A stretch of 64,000 bases of DNA from Patescibacteria group bacterium. Its GTDB lineage: Bacteria; Patescibacteriota; Minisyncoccia; Phycocordibacterales; Phycocordibacteraceae. The DNA lies in the NCBI GenBank assembly GCA_040390125.1, contig JAZJYZ010000001.1, positions 570,396 to 634,395 of the forward strand. The letters are read 5' to 3'. The notes below the pieces were generated by a model, which saw only the letters and a list, made by a program, of their open reading frames with translations, did not search any database and was not told where the DNA came from. Below are positions 46,690 to 55,811 of this stretch, piece after piece. Made by a program: the position numbers and the translations under genes. Numbering within the stretch: the stretch's first letter is position 1; each line of letters starts with the position of its first letter.

Positions 46690-46757
46690 TAACCCCGTTA
46701 AATCCCGCCAAGCGGGACGCTCGAATGCGAGCGTATTTAACAGGGTGTAAGATTTCC
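46690..46757. mobile_element. ORF-less derivative of the GIY-YIG element (MITE-like)
   Basis: TAACCCCGTTAAATCC + 27-nt two-hairpin filler + GTATTTAACAGGGTGTAAGATT. It carries the same 5' leader and the same ORF 3' end as the full copy, immediately downstream of it. Confidence 0.55.
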
Positions 46758-46787
46758 TAACTCGCTTCGCTCGCAACAAAATCTAAC

Positions 46788-47333
46788 ATGATTGACCCAA
46801 TTGTTCTCAAAGGCGCAAAAATCCTCAAACAAAAAATGAAGGAAGTACCAAAAAGCCTTTTTGGTACGGCAGAGCTTAGGGACATCATTGCTCGTATGTC
46901 TCTCTCCTTAAGAGACACCAAACATGGTGTTGCCATAGCCGCAAATCAAATAGGTATTCCCTACCGCATTTTCGTCGTACGTGGATTCGTACTCGAAAAC
47001 AAAGAGAGGAATGACCCAGCAACATTGACGGAGGACGATGAAGACAGAGCATTCATTAATCCTAAAATCGTCAAAATTTCCAGGAAAAAAGAACTCATGG
47101 ATGAAGCGTGTCTTTCTGTACCAGAGTTTCACGGCACCATAAAGCGAGCACTTCAAGCAACAGTTCGTGCATACGACATTGAAGGGATCCGCTTTGAGCG
47201 AGGCGGTAGCGGACTTTTAGCACAAATCTTTCAGCATGAAACCGACCACCTCGAAGGAATTCTCTATGTAGACAAAGCAGTAGAAGTACTTAAAGTGAAA
47301 GAAGAGAGCGAGATACAAAAAGAAGAAAAATAA
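46788..47333 (+). CDS. def: Peptide deformylase
   Basis: 181 aa with GVAIAANQIG, EACLSVP and QHETDHLEG motifs. Confidence 0.9.
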   Translation: MIDPIVLKGAKILKQKMKEVPKSLFGTAELRDIIARMSLSLRDTKHGVAIAANQIGIPYRIFVVRGFVLENKERNDPATLTEDDEDRAFINPKIVKISRKKELMDEACLSVPEFHGTIKRALQATVRAYDIEGIRFERGGSGLLAQIFQHETDHLEGILYVDKAVEVLKVKEESEIQKEEK

Positions 47334-47390
47334 AAACACACGAGCCCTATACGATTAATCGTATATGGCTGGTAACTCGTTGAAAATTGC

Positions 47391-48263
47391 ATGGCACAAA
47401 AAATACAAAAAAGTAAACTACGGATAGTATTTTTTGGAACCCCAAACTTTACTACCTTCGTACTTGATGAACTTGAAAGTGCTGGGATTCTTCCAGCACT
47501 TATTGTGACAGTTCCTGATAAACCCGCTGACCGTGGACTCGCACTCAAAGCATCTCCCGTTAAAATCTGGGGCGAGGAGCGAAACATCGATGTGCTTCAG
47601 CCTGAGAGATTAGACTCGTCAGACCCATCGGCGGATACCATTTTAAACAGCGAGTGGGATATGTTTATTGTTGCAGGATATGGAAAACTGTTACCGGCGT
47701 CCCTTCTCTCAATTCCCAAGCATGGCACGCTGAACGTGCACCCATCTCTCTTACCTAAATTCCGTGGCCCTTCGCCTATCGAAACTCAAATTTTGTCAGA
47801 CGCAAAAGAAGTAGGTGTCTCCATTATTCTTCTCGATGAAGAAACTGATCACGGCCCCATACTTGCACAAGCTTCCATCACTCCCGAGCCGTGGCCATTC
47901 AGAAGAAACATGCTTGAGGACTTGCTGTGGCACGAGGGGGGTAAACTGCTTGCCGAGTCGATTCCACTCGTTGTGGACGGCTCACTTACGGCAGAGCCAC
48001 AAAATCACACGGAAGCCACCTTCACCCCTAAACTAAAAAAAGAAGACGGGCTTATTGATCTCACGGCCGATGCGTACCAAAACTATCTCAAATTCTGTGC
48101 CTATGAAGGCTGGCCGGGCACGTACTTTTTCGTAACACGAGGAGATAAAGACATACGTATCAAAATTATTGATGCAAAATACGAGGATGGCACATTCACC
48201 CCAACTCGCATCATCCCCGAAGGAAAAAAAGAAATGGACTATTCAGACTTCGAGCGTCCTTAA
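47391..48263 (+). CDS. fmt: Methionyl-tRNA formyltransferase
   Basis: 290 aa; formyltransferase N-domain plus a C-terminal Fmt domain, downstream of def. Confidence 0.9.
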   Translation: MAQKIQKSKLRIVFFGTPNFTTFVLDELESAGILPALIVTVPDKPADRGLALKASPVKIWGEERNIDVLQPERLDSSDPSADTILNSEWDMFIVAGYGKLLPASLLSIPKHGTLNVHPSLLPKFRGPSPIETQILSDAKEVGVSIILLDEETDHGPILAQASITPEPWPFRRNMLEDLLWHEGGKLLAESIPLVVDGSLTAEPQNHTEATFTPKLKKEDGLIDLTADAYQNYLKFCAYEGWPGTYFFVTRGDKDIRIKIIDAKYEDGTFTPTRIIPEGKKEMDYSDFERP

Positions 48264-48309
48264 TCCCCAATTCTTAAGATATTTCGAATAAACCCCCTGT
48301 ATAGTATAA

Positions 48310-48365
48310 AATCACGACCGTGATTTTATACTATACAGGGGTTTTCGCATTCCACAGTACAGTTC
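48310..48365. terminator. Bidirectional terminator, 23-bp perfect-stem hairpin
   Basis: AAACCCCCTGTATAGTATAAAATCACG-ac-CGTGATTTTATACTATACAGGGGTTTTCG. A second hairpin CCCGAGAT-ttca-ATCTCGGG + T-run lies at 48418-48450. It sits between convergent fmt and ORF 48461. Confidence 0.65.
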
Positions 48366-48460
48366 ACTTCACATTCCACAAAAATAAAACACTGGAATGA
48401 CATCAGGTGTTTAAAAAATCCCGAGATTTCATCTCGGGATTTTTTTAATAAATGTTTTTC

Positions 48461-48784
48461 TTAAGAATTATCGGGACCGAAAACTCGATTTAATGCTCCT
48501 GCAAACACTGTGCCCAAAATCTGATTTGCATCTAAAGGTTGACCCGGTCTTTCGCTACCTTTCCCTCTTTTTACCACTCCACTGTAAATGCCAACACGAT
48601 ACTTTCTCGGGATAGAATTTCTAGTACGTCTTACGCGATAAAAAGGTTCATCGTTTTTACTGTCACTGTCAAATACCATTCTTTCTTTAACAACAGCCGG
48701 CTGCCAATCATTTGGAAAGTCCTTAACCCAGACTCTTGCTCCTGGAGCGAACTCATTTCCTCCTAAACCTTCTTTTCTCGGCAT
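48461..48784 (-). CDS. Hypothetical protein
   Basis: 107-aa ORF, no recognised domain. Confidence 0.35.
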   Translation of the reverse strand: MPRKEGLGGNEFAPGARVWVKDFPNDWQPAVVKERMVFDSDSKNDEPFYRVRRTRNSIPRKYRVGIYSGVVKRGKGSERPGQPLDANQILGTVFAGALNRVFGPDNS

Positions 48785-48844
48785 AATTTGAACTTTACGT
48801 TAAGGTTTCAATTATAGATATTTTAAGTAAAAAAGCAAGGAGGG

Positions 48845-50167
48845 TTATAAATATTCTCTTGTTAGGTTGCGAATGCCATTGTTTGTAACGAGTACATCGT
48901 CTTCAATGCGAACGCCTCCGTAGGGAGCAATGCGGTCGATGAGTTCCCAGTTGAAGTGTGTGGATGTAGTACCGCTTCGGTGGGGGTGGAGGAGCATTTC
49001 TATAAAATATACTCCTGGCTCTACCGTGAACACCTGCCCTTCTTTTATTACATTTGTGTTTCTAAGCTCTGGAGTTTTCTTACTTCCTACGTCGTGAACC
49101 TGAAGTCCGAGCATGTGTCCTACACCGTGCGGAAAAAATACTTTGGTAAGCCCCAGCTTCACAGCTTCTTTTCCATCAACCGTGAGAATGCCGAGTGAAA
49201 AAAGTAAGTTTCCAATTTTGAGGTGTGCTTCTTTCTGTAGCTCTTCAAAGGAGAGTCCTGGCTTCACTAACGCACATAGTTCTTGCTGTAATTCTTCAAC
49301 CCCCTGAAGAAGTGCGGTGAAAAGTGAATCGACGTGCGGTGCTACAAATGTACGTGTGACATCCGACGCATACCCGAGACAGCTCGCTCCTGCGTCAAGA
49401 AGGAGTGACGCACCATTTCGCACCTCTCTCCGCTTGCCTTGATAATGCAGAGTCGCACCTTTTTCATTCAACGCCACAATAGTTTCATATGGTAATTCCC
49501 TTTCCACACAAGCGACTGCCTTCATATATGCTTGATGAATTTCAAGCTCCGATGCACCAGCAAGAAATACTTCACGAGCACCCTTGTGTCCCACCGACGC
49601 AATCCTATTTGCCTCGCTAATACAGGCAATCTCATACGGGGTCTTATGACTCCTCTCGATATCCAAGCGAGCGAGGAGCTCTTTCGGGTTGACACAATCC
49701 TTCCCAATCCCTTGTTTTTTTATCTCTTCCGAATTATCTCCAACATACGCAATTCTTCCAATGTTGGGTTTCGTAAACCCAACATTGAGTTCTTTCCAGG
49801 CGGAGTCGGCAGTGGATACTTCAATAAGTTCAAACTCGGAAAGCCAAAAAGATTTACCCTGAGCACTGTCGAACGGGTCGGCAAGAGAGGCTTGCTCATG
49901 CCAATAATCATCAAGCTTCACGCAAATGAGGGTAGGCTTTACATCCGGTCGTATTAAAAGAAAATTACCCGGTTCGTTTAAGGGAGCCCAGTGAGCGAAA
50001 TGCGGGTACGTACGAAACGGAGCATCCTGGTCATCAGCGAAGTAGCGAAGAGGGGTGCCTGAATAGATAATGAGTGCATCAAACCCCGTCGCTAAAAGTG
50101 CATCTTCTGTTTGTCGTTGTCGCTCACTAATGTGAGCAGAATAGAGAGAAAGAATCTCGTCTTTCAT
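48845..50167 (-). CDS. Xaa-Pro aminopeptidase/dipeptidase (M24B family)
   Basis: 440 aa; HGVGHMLGLQVHDVG and a pita-bread fold metal-ligand pattern, with an N-terminal creatinase-like domain. Confidence 0.85.
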   Translation of the reverse strand: MKDEILSLYSAHISERQRQTEDALLATGFDALIIYSGTPLRYFADDQDAPFRTYPHFAHWAPLNEPGNFLLIRPDVKPTLICVKLDDYWHEQASLADPFDSAQGKSFWLSEFELIEVSTADSAWKELNVGFTKPNIGRIAYVGDNSEEIKKQGIGKDCVNPKELLARLDIERSHKTPYEIACISEANRIASVGHKGAREVFLAGASELEIHQAYMKAVACVERELPYETIVALNEKGATLHYQGKRREVRNGASLLLDAGASCLGYASDVTRTFVAPHVDSLFTALLQGVEELQQELCALVKPGLSFEELQKEAHLKIGNLLFSLGILTVDGKEAVKLGLTKVFFPHGVGHMLGLQVHDVGSKKTPELRNTNVIKEGQVFTVEPGVYFIEMLLHPHRSGTTSTHFNWELIDRIAPYGGVRIEDDVLVTNNGIRNLTREYL

Positions 50168-50538
50168 GAACCACCAAATCCTCGGAAAAAATCTTTCACT
50201 TTTGCAGCACCACGACGCACGAGGTCACGCTTTCGTCCTATTTTCTTTCTAAGTTCAGCTCTAGCTTCCGCCACAGCAACCTCTATAGCCTTATGCATAG
50301 TTTCTCGTGTTGCTTCTGAGCGAACAAAACCACCCGGATACTGCAAATTGATTTCTGCACGATATACCTCGCCTGTTTTCTGACCACCAACGCTCGTACC
50401 AAGCTCAATATCAACAAGAGATTCATCTTTAGAATTAATGAGCTGCTCAAACTTGCGTGCTTTGCTTTCAACGAATTCACGGAGCTCACTGGTAAGAACA
50501 ATAGAGCCTGACGTTTTAAGATTTATTTGCATACCCAT
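50164..50538 (-). CDS. hpf: Ribosome hibernation promoting factor / RaiA family
   Basis: The ORF opens at 50619 and the probable start is MGMQINLK. The sequence is YfiA/HPF-like. Confidence 0.8.
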   Translation of the reverse strand: MGMQINLKTSGSIVLTSELREFVESKARKFEQLINSKDESLVDIELGTSVGGQKTGEVYRAEINLQYPGGFVRSEATRETMHKAIEVAVAEARAELRKKIGRKRDLVRRGAAKVKDFFRGFGGS

Positions 50539-50800
50539 ATACTTGTAGCATTTTAACTCGTAAATGATGCCCTCGGATAATGTGGACTGCTTTCTCCGGC
50601 AAACCAAGATGCCGAGCAACGAGTGCTATCGCACGTGCATTCGCTCTATTGCCCTCTGCAGACTCCTTAACACTAACCTCCAGTGTCCTCCGCTTACCTT
50701 CATACACACCTTCCTTTTTACTATCCGGTGTAACACGGATACGGATAAGGACGGGTTCAGTGGGGGCGTTCATATCGTCCAATAAGCTCCGCAGACTCAA
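50516..50800 (-). CDS. DUF167 (YggU) family protein
   Basis: 94 aa; IRIRVTPDSKKEG...LEVSVKESAEGNRANARAIALVARHLGLPEKAVHIIRG matches the DUF167 pattern. Confidence 0.6.
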   Translation of the reverse strand: MSLRSLLDDMNAPTEPVLIRIRVTPDSKKEGVYEGKRRTLEVSVKESAEGNRANARAIALVARHLGLPEKAVHIIRGHHLRVKMLQVYGYANKS

Positions 50801-51233
50801 GTACGTGCCCGTGTATTGCCCTTTCGACCTCTACTCGTGTCGCCCCCTCGAAAAGTTCAAGCATTCGATCAAGTGCATAGAGTTTGAAGAAATACCTGTG
50901 CTCCCGATCGGGCGGGCACGGTCCCAAGTAAGAAGCACTTCCATGGGTATTGTTTCCTTGAATACCCGGTGGAGTCGCACCATCTTCAATCTCTACCGCC
51001 CCACTAGCTGGGGACGGGATATCAAAGACTACCCAATGATCGATGACGTCGACATGAAGTCTATCCTTTACCGACTGAGGAATGTCGGGGTCGTCCATAA
51101 TGAGCACGAGCGATTTGGCACCCTCTGGGGTTCCACGGAAAGAAAGTGCAGGACTCGTGTTCTCGCCGTCGCAGGTGTACGCCTGAGGAATGAGGGCATT
51201 TTCTTTAAAACGTGTGCTGGAGATTGTAAGCAT
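50757..51233 (-). CDS. YbhB/YbcL family Raf-kinase-inhibitor-like (PEBP) protein
   Basis: 158 aa with the GPCPP...HRYFF PEBP signature. Confidence 0.8.
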   Translation of the reverse strand: MLTISSTRFKENALIPQAYTCDGENTSPALSFRGTPEGAKSLVLIMDDPDIPQSVKDRLHVDVIDHWVVFDIPSPASGAVEIEDGATPPGIQGNNTHGSASYLGPCPPDREHRYFFKLYALDRMLELFEGATRVEVERAIHGHVLESAELIGRYERPH

Positions 51234-51334
51234 AATCCGATGAACCTATTGTAACCTTTGAATACTAAAATCGAACAGGTCGCAAAAGCGACCTGTTCGA
51301 TTTTTAGAGCCTAGAACCTCTGCTTGTGTTACTT

Positions 51335-52114
51335 TCAGAAGTTAAAATGGAAACGATTCTTGAAAGATTCGAATCTCTCTCTGAACGTTTTGTGTCCATT
51401 TATATCCTCACGCACTATCGTGATTTTGGTAGCAGTGAACGTTTTTGTGCTTACATCATACGTGCCTGCAACTTTTGCTTTGTCGTTCGCGAGTATTGCT
51501 CCGAATGCAAGAGCAACATCGCCATTAGTTATGACCGAGTTCGTTGCAAGTTTTACAGTGATGACACCTTCAGAACCACCAGTTGCAAGTGTGAACTTAA
51601 GATTCGGAGTATCGATACTCTGTACAGTGCCCGCAAACGCTACTGGCTTTACGCCTGTACCTGAGTTTGACCAATCTTTAACTGACTTAGCGTCAACAGT
51701 AAGCCCTGAAGTGCTTGTGTTAAGCATACCTCCGAAACTTATGTAATCACCAACAGCAATGCGAGAAAGCACAGTGGAACCGTCTTCCCGATGTGCGAAT
51801 TTAGTATCTGCACTGGTTCGTATGCTCCATGAGAGCACAGTGGAGCCAAATGCTGTTTGCGCATTGATAACTGAACCGGATACGCTCGTGACTTTTGCAC
51901 CACGAACCATCACTTGCCCATTGTCATCAATGCGGACTTCTAATGTCGAGCCGACGCTACGATGGTCTGATTTTTTTTCCCTATCATTATTATCGTTATC
52001 ATTGTTAGCAGAAGCAAGCAGGGGCGCTATAAATAAAGCACTTACTGCAAGAACTGCTATAGAGAGGAAAATACCGAGACGAGATGAAAGAGTGTACATA
52101 ATTAAGATGTGCAC
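51335..52114 (-). CDS. Secreted hypothetical protein (Asn/Asp-rich linker, beta-rich repeats)
   Basis: 259 aa with a signal peptide/TM and an NNDNDNND low-complexity stretch. Confidence 0.45.
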   Translation of the reverse strand: MHILIMYTLSSRLGIFLSIAVLAVSALFIAPLLASANNDNDNNDREKKSDHRSVGSTLEVRIDDNGQVMVRGAKVTSVSGSVINAQTAFGSTVLSWSIRTSADTKFAHREDGSTVLSRIAVGDYISFGGMLNTSTSGLTVDAKSVKDWSNSGTGVKPVAFAGTVQSIDTPNLKFTLATGGSEGVITVKLATNSVITNGDVALAFGAILANDKAKVAGTYDVSTKTFTATKITIVREDINGHKTFRERFESFKNRFHFNF

Positions 52115-52219
52115 GCATGTGCGTGTCTATTAAGGTTAACGGCCTGATACCAGACCTAATTCTTATGACGTACGAGCCCTTCTGATCTTACTCAAAACAC
52201 TCTATTCTATACACAGTAC

Positions 52220-53077
52220 TTACTGCACTGCCTTAATATCAGCAAGAAGACTCTCAGTTGCTTTCCGTGATGCTTGCGCAAAGTCCGCTCCACTCGATGC
52301 AAAAATAATTCCTCGAGATGAGTTTATGATGAGCCCTTTTCCATTTTGATCTCTACCTGCCAACACTGCTTTTTCTACATCGCCCCCTTGTGCACCAATT
52401 CCAGGAACAAGTATCGGCATGTCAGGAGCGAGTGTGCGCATTGTTGCAAGCGTCTCGGGACTCAGACCACTTCCGACGAGTCCACAGTTACCATGAGTAT
52501 TCCACGTAACTGTGGTGCGAACCACTTTTTCCCAAAGGTGTTCACCTCCATCAAGAACACTGTTCTGAAAATCGCCTGCACCAGGGTTCGAAGTTTTTGC
52601 AAGAACAAAAATTCCTTTATCCTTTCTTTCGAGAAATGGCTCCAGTGCATCGTGCCCAAGATACGGATTGACGGTAACAGCGTCCGCACCAAGCTCATCA
52701 AAGACAGCTCGAGCATACGCTTCACTCGTTGAACCAATGTCAGCACGCTTGGCGTCAAGGATTACAGGGATGCCATCATAGTGCTCTTTGATGTAGCTAA
52801 TGGTCCGCTTTAAAGCACGCATCCCTGCTTCCCCTTCAGCTTCATAAAAAGCGATGTTTGGTTTATACGCGCACACAAGGTCTGCGGTCGCATCTATTAT
52901 TTCAGAGTTAAAAACGAATAGCAGTTCTTCAACAGAGGGATTTTCTTTCTTGAGGACTTCAGGAATTCCTGAAACAACTGGGTCAAGTCCAACGCAAACC
53001 ATTCCAATCTGCGACCAGCGATTTTGTAGTTTTTCGGTAAACGTTGTGTTCTTCATGTAAGAACCATAATACTGCAC
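52220..53077 (-). CDS. pyrF: Orotidine 5'-phosphate decarboxylase (type 2)
   Basis: 285 aa; DAKRADIGSTSEAY (DxKxxDI) and TIM-barrel OMPdecase motifs. Confidence 0.82.
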   Translation of the reverse strand: MQYYGSYMKNTTFTEKLQNRWSQIGMVCVGLDPVVSGIPEVLKKENPSVEELLFVFNSEIIDATADLVCAYKPNIAFYEAEGEAGMRALKRTISYIKEHYDGIPVILDAKRADIGSTSEAYARAVFDELGADAVTVNPYLGHDALEPFLERKDKGIFVLAKTSNPGAGDFQNSVLDGGEHLWEKVVRTTVTWNTHGNCGLVGSGLSPETLATMRTLAPDMPILVPGIGAQGGDVEKAVLAGRDQNGKGLIINSSRGIIFASSGADFAQASRKATESLLADIKAVQ

Positions 53078-53130
53078 TCACGATTAAAACAAAAACCCGC
53101 CTCAGGCGGGTTTTTGTTTTGGAGCTTCCT

Positions 53131-53159
53131 GTTCCCCACGGAACCGATGAAGCATCGCC
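53131..53159 (-). ncRNA. Two-hairpin structured motif, copy C, in the pyrF leader
   Basis: Minus-strand reading is GGCGATGCTTCATCGGTTCCGTGGGGAAC. The second stem GTTCC/GGAAC is a compensatory variant of GATCC/GGATC. A terminator CCCGCC-tgag-GCGGG + T-run follows at 53095-53120. Confidence 0.4.
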
Positions 53160-53174
53160 TATACCCTGCTCAAG

Positions 53175-53432
53175 TTACTTCATATGTGGAGAGACGAGCT
53201 TCGTCATCTCAAACATAGTCACTTCACCCTTGCCACCGAACAATACTTTTAGCTTTTCATCCGCCAAGATGTTTCTCTTGTTCTTCGGATTCTGGAGGTC
53301 ATGCTTCTTGATGTACACCCATATCTCCTTCACCACTTGGGAACGAGCCATGGGACCTTTTCCCACGACGGCTTCAAGCTCTGGAGACAAAGTGAGAGGC
53401 TTCAATAAAGCCGCATTTGCTGTTCTAACCAT
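53175..53432 (-). CDS. SWIB/MDM2 domain protein
   Basis: 85 aa; LSPELEAVVGKGPMARSQVVKEIWVYIKKHDLQNPKNKRNILADEKLKVLFG matches the SWIB domain. Confidence 0.8.
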   Translation of the reverse strand: MVRTANAALLKPLTLSPELEAVVGKGPMARSQVVKEIWVYIKKHDLQNPKNKRNILADEKLKVLFGGKGEVTMFEMTKLVSPHMK

Positions 53433-53535
53433 ATATATAATTAATTATTGTAAAACGAATCCTAGAGCCCAGTATATACCATATAGAGCTCCCTTATCCC
53501 CAGGTGCCTTAGAACCTGCCCTGGAATCTTCTTTC

Positions 53536-54462
53536 TCATGCCTTTTGGCTTAAAAACAGTACTCCTGCACACATAGGCACAAAAGCGAGCACCTGCCAGA
53601 GACTAGGAGTGTCTGCAAGTAAAAAATAGGCTCCTATGAGGGTAACGATAGGGGCGATAGTTGCAAGTGCGTTTGCTTTAGCAATATTGATGCGGTGTAT
53701 TCCCTCTATCCAGAGAATCTTACTCAAACCAAAAATGAAAAACCCATTCACGAGGAGTAATAGAAGCAACCCTCCTGAAGGAATAACAAGCGAGCGTGCA
53801 CCAAACAGATATGCGAGTCCAAAAATAACGGGGACGCTAGCAAGACTCCGCACAAACATAATGCTCTCACTTGAAACTCGTGTACGGGCACGACGTTGGA
53901 ATAAATTACCGAACGGTGCAATGAACGAGGCAACCACAATCAAAAGGTCACCCGTCCTAAACGAATGAACATTGGGGTACAACACTATACCTGCGCCCAC
54001 GAGCATTAATATGGCTCCTATAATGTGCGACCGTGCTATGTATTCTTTACGCAAGACATTAAAAAGACAGAAACTAAAGAAAGTTTCTGAAAGTGCAATG
54101 ATGGATGCATTTCCAGGGCTCGTATACGTCAACCCAAAAAAGAACAAGACGTAGAAGAGTACGCCAATAATAAGAGTCGTCCAAAGCATGTCCGGCAATG
54201 CCTCAGCATTCAACACATCACCCCATTTCTTGCGAACAGTGAGGAGGATGGCAAAAAATATCGACGCAAAAAATGCACTCCACCCCAAGGCAACCATTGC
54301 AGGCATGAAGGCAATAGAAAGTACGGTAACGACAGGAAAGACCCCCCACAATAGTGCTTCACCAAAAATATACAGCTCCCCTTTCCTTTCTTCTTTCATG
54401 AATGCTAAGCGTGCGTTATTTCGCCAAAGAATGCGTAAGGCTCTTGCTTTTCGAGTGCCCAA
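53536..54462 (-). CDS. DMT/EamA-family transporter
   Basis: 308 aa, about 10 TM helices in two EamA-like halves. Confidence 0.65.
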   Translation of the reverse strand: MGTRKARALRILWRNNARLAFMKEERKGELYIFGEALLWGVFPVVTVLSIAFMPAMVALGWSAFFASIFFAILLTVRKKWGDVLNAEALPDMLWTTLIIGVLFYVLFFFGLTYTSPGNASIIALSETFFSFCLFNVLRKEYIARSHIIGAILMLVGAGIVLYPNVHSFRTGDLLIVVASFIAPFGNLFQRRARTRVSSESIMFVRSLASVPVIFGLAYLFGARSLVIPSGGLLLLLLVNGFFIFGLSKILWIEGIHRINIAKANALATIAPIVTLIGAYFLLADTPSLWQVLAFVPMCAGVLFLSQKA

Positions 54463-55046
54463 CGTTGATTGCCATAATCAAAATGCCACCACTCACTTGG
54501 ATACACCACAAACCCTTCAGCTTCAAGAGCCTCACGAAGCATTTTTCTATTGCGTGAAGCATCGTCATTACATGGATGGGTGTCAAAATAAAACGGCTCT
54601 GCTTCTAAACCAAAATGGTCAAATGGTGTGCCCATATCGAGTTCCCTCCCGTCTCCATCCACAAGCGTAAGGTCAACGGTGCCACCAGTCGCATGATGCG
54701 GAATGCGAAGAGGATCTTTTGCATTACTCACATACGTTTCAACTTCGGCTTTGAGCAGTCCCTCACTCCAATCAGGATGAGCTAATTGGAGTGTATTCCA
54801 AAATCGTTCGTACAGAGCATCCTGCACAGTGCGCGTTCGATATGCATCCCAAATTTTCAAACGGTACCGTGCGATTGTGCGTTCGGCACGTAGAAGTTTC
54901 TCAACTACCGATTTTCTTAAAAACATTCGAGGCTCTCTAGAAATGCCTTCCTGAAAATATACAGGCTCAAGAACAAACGGGAAGCCCGCAAGATCAACTA
55001 ACGGGTCGCCATTTTCATGTATTGGTACAACATTTAAAGAGTCCAT
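54405..55046 (-). CDS. D-alanyl-D-alanine dipeptidase (VanX/DdpX, M15D)
   Basis: HATGGTVDLTLVD (HxxGxAVDL) and EWWHFD motifs. The ORF opens at 55124 and the probable start is MDSLNVV. Confidence 0.8.
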   Translation of the reverse strand: MDSLNVVPIHENGDPLVDLAGFPFVLEPVYFQEGISREPRMFLRKSVVEKLLRAERTIARYRLKIWDAYRTRTVQDALYERFWNTLQLAHPDWSEGLLKAEVETYVSNAKDPLRIPHHATGGTVDLTLVDGDGRELDMGTPFDHFGLEAEPFYFDTHPCNDDASRNRKMLREALEAEGFVVYPSEWWHFDYGNQRWALEKQEPYAFFGEITHA

Positions 55047-55097
55047 TGCATCGCTATTATACCTAGTATATACAGATCGGAATGATAGGATTCCTTT

Positions 55098-55811
55098 ATG
55101 GAATCCGTTTTTGATAGCAATCAAAAGAATCTAGCAAAATCTGCTGGTGCTTTGCTTGAAAATACTATTGCCGAACATGGAGGTCAGCCATTGCTTATTC
55201 TGGTATCTGCAGGTTCGGCACTCCAGGTGCTGGCAGACGTAACGGTGCCTGAAAACACTTCTCACATAACACTCGGCGTGTTGGACGAACGATTCACAAA
55301 AGACGTAGCGGAAAATAATTTTTTACTCCTCACACAAACATCTTTCTATCGAGATATCGTGCAAAGGGGCGGACATACAATTGACACCAGTAAATACTTC
55401 GAAAGGGTCGAGGATCTTGCTGAGATGATGGACAATTCCTGGAGAACATGGATTGAAAAGAACCCGGATGGTCATGTAGTGGCAACCTTCGGTATGGGAG
55501 CAGATGGCCACACTGCAGGCATAATGCCTTACGCAGAAGACGCAGGGATGTTTGAGATACTTTTTGAAGATGAGAGGAGATTTGCAGTTGGCTACGATGC
55601 GCGTGGCAAAAATGCGATTCCACTTCGTGCAACTGCTACGCTTCCCTTTTTGCGTGCACACATTGACGTAGGAATTGGCTACGTCACTGGGGTTGAAAAG
55701 AAATCGGTTCTGGAACGACTGCTCGGAGAGCACGGCACCGACGCAGAAACCCCTTCACGGATCTTTCGAGATATACAGAATTTCACACTGTTCACCACTA
55801 TTGCAAGTTAA
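55098..55811 (+). CDS. 6-phosphogluconolactonase / glucosamine-6-phosphate isomerase family
   Basis: 237 aa; GMGADGHTAG motif and a NagB/Pgl fold. Confidence 0.72.
   Translation: MESVFDSNQKNLAKSAGALLENTIAEHGGQPLLILVSAGSALQVLADVTVPENTSHITLGVLDERFTKDVAENNFLLLTQTSFYRDIVQRGGHTIDTSKYFERVEDLAEMMDNSWRTWIEKNPDGHVVATFGMGADGHTAGIMPYAEDAGMFEILFEDERRFAVGYDARGKNAIPLRATATLPFLRAHIDVGIGYVTGVEKKSVLERLLGEHGTDAETPSRIFRDIQNFTLFTTIAS

Noticed and set aside
50516-50619. Apparent 104-nt overlap between hpf and the DUF167 gene
   Set aside because: It is resolved by starting hpf at MGMQINLK (about 50538). The ORF-track start is an upstream in-frame extension.
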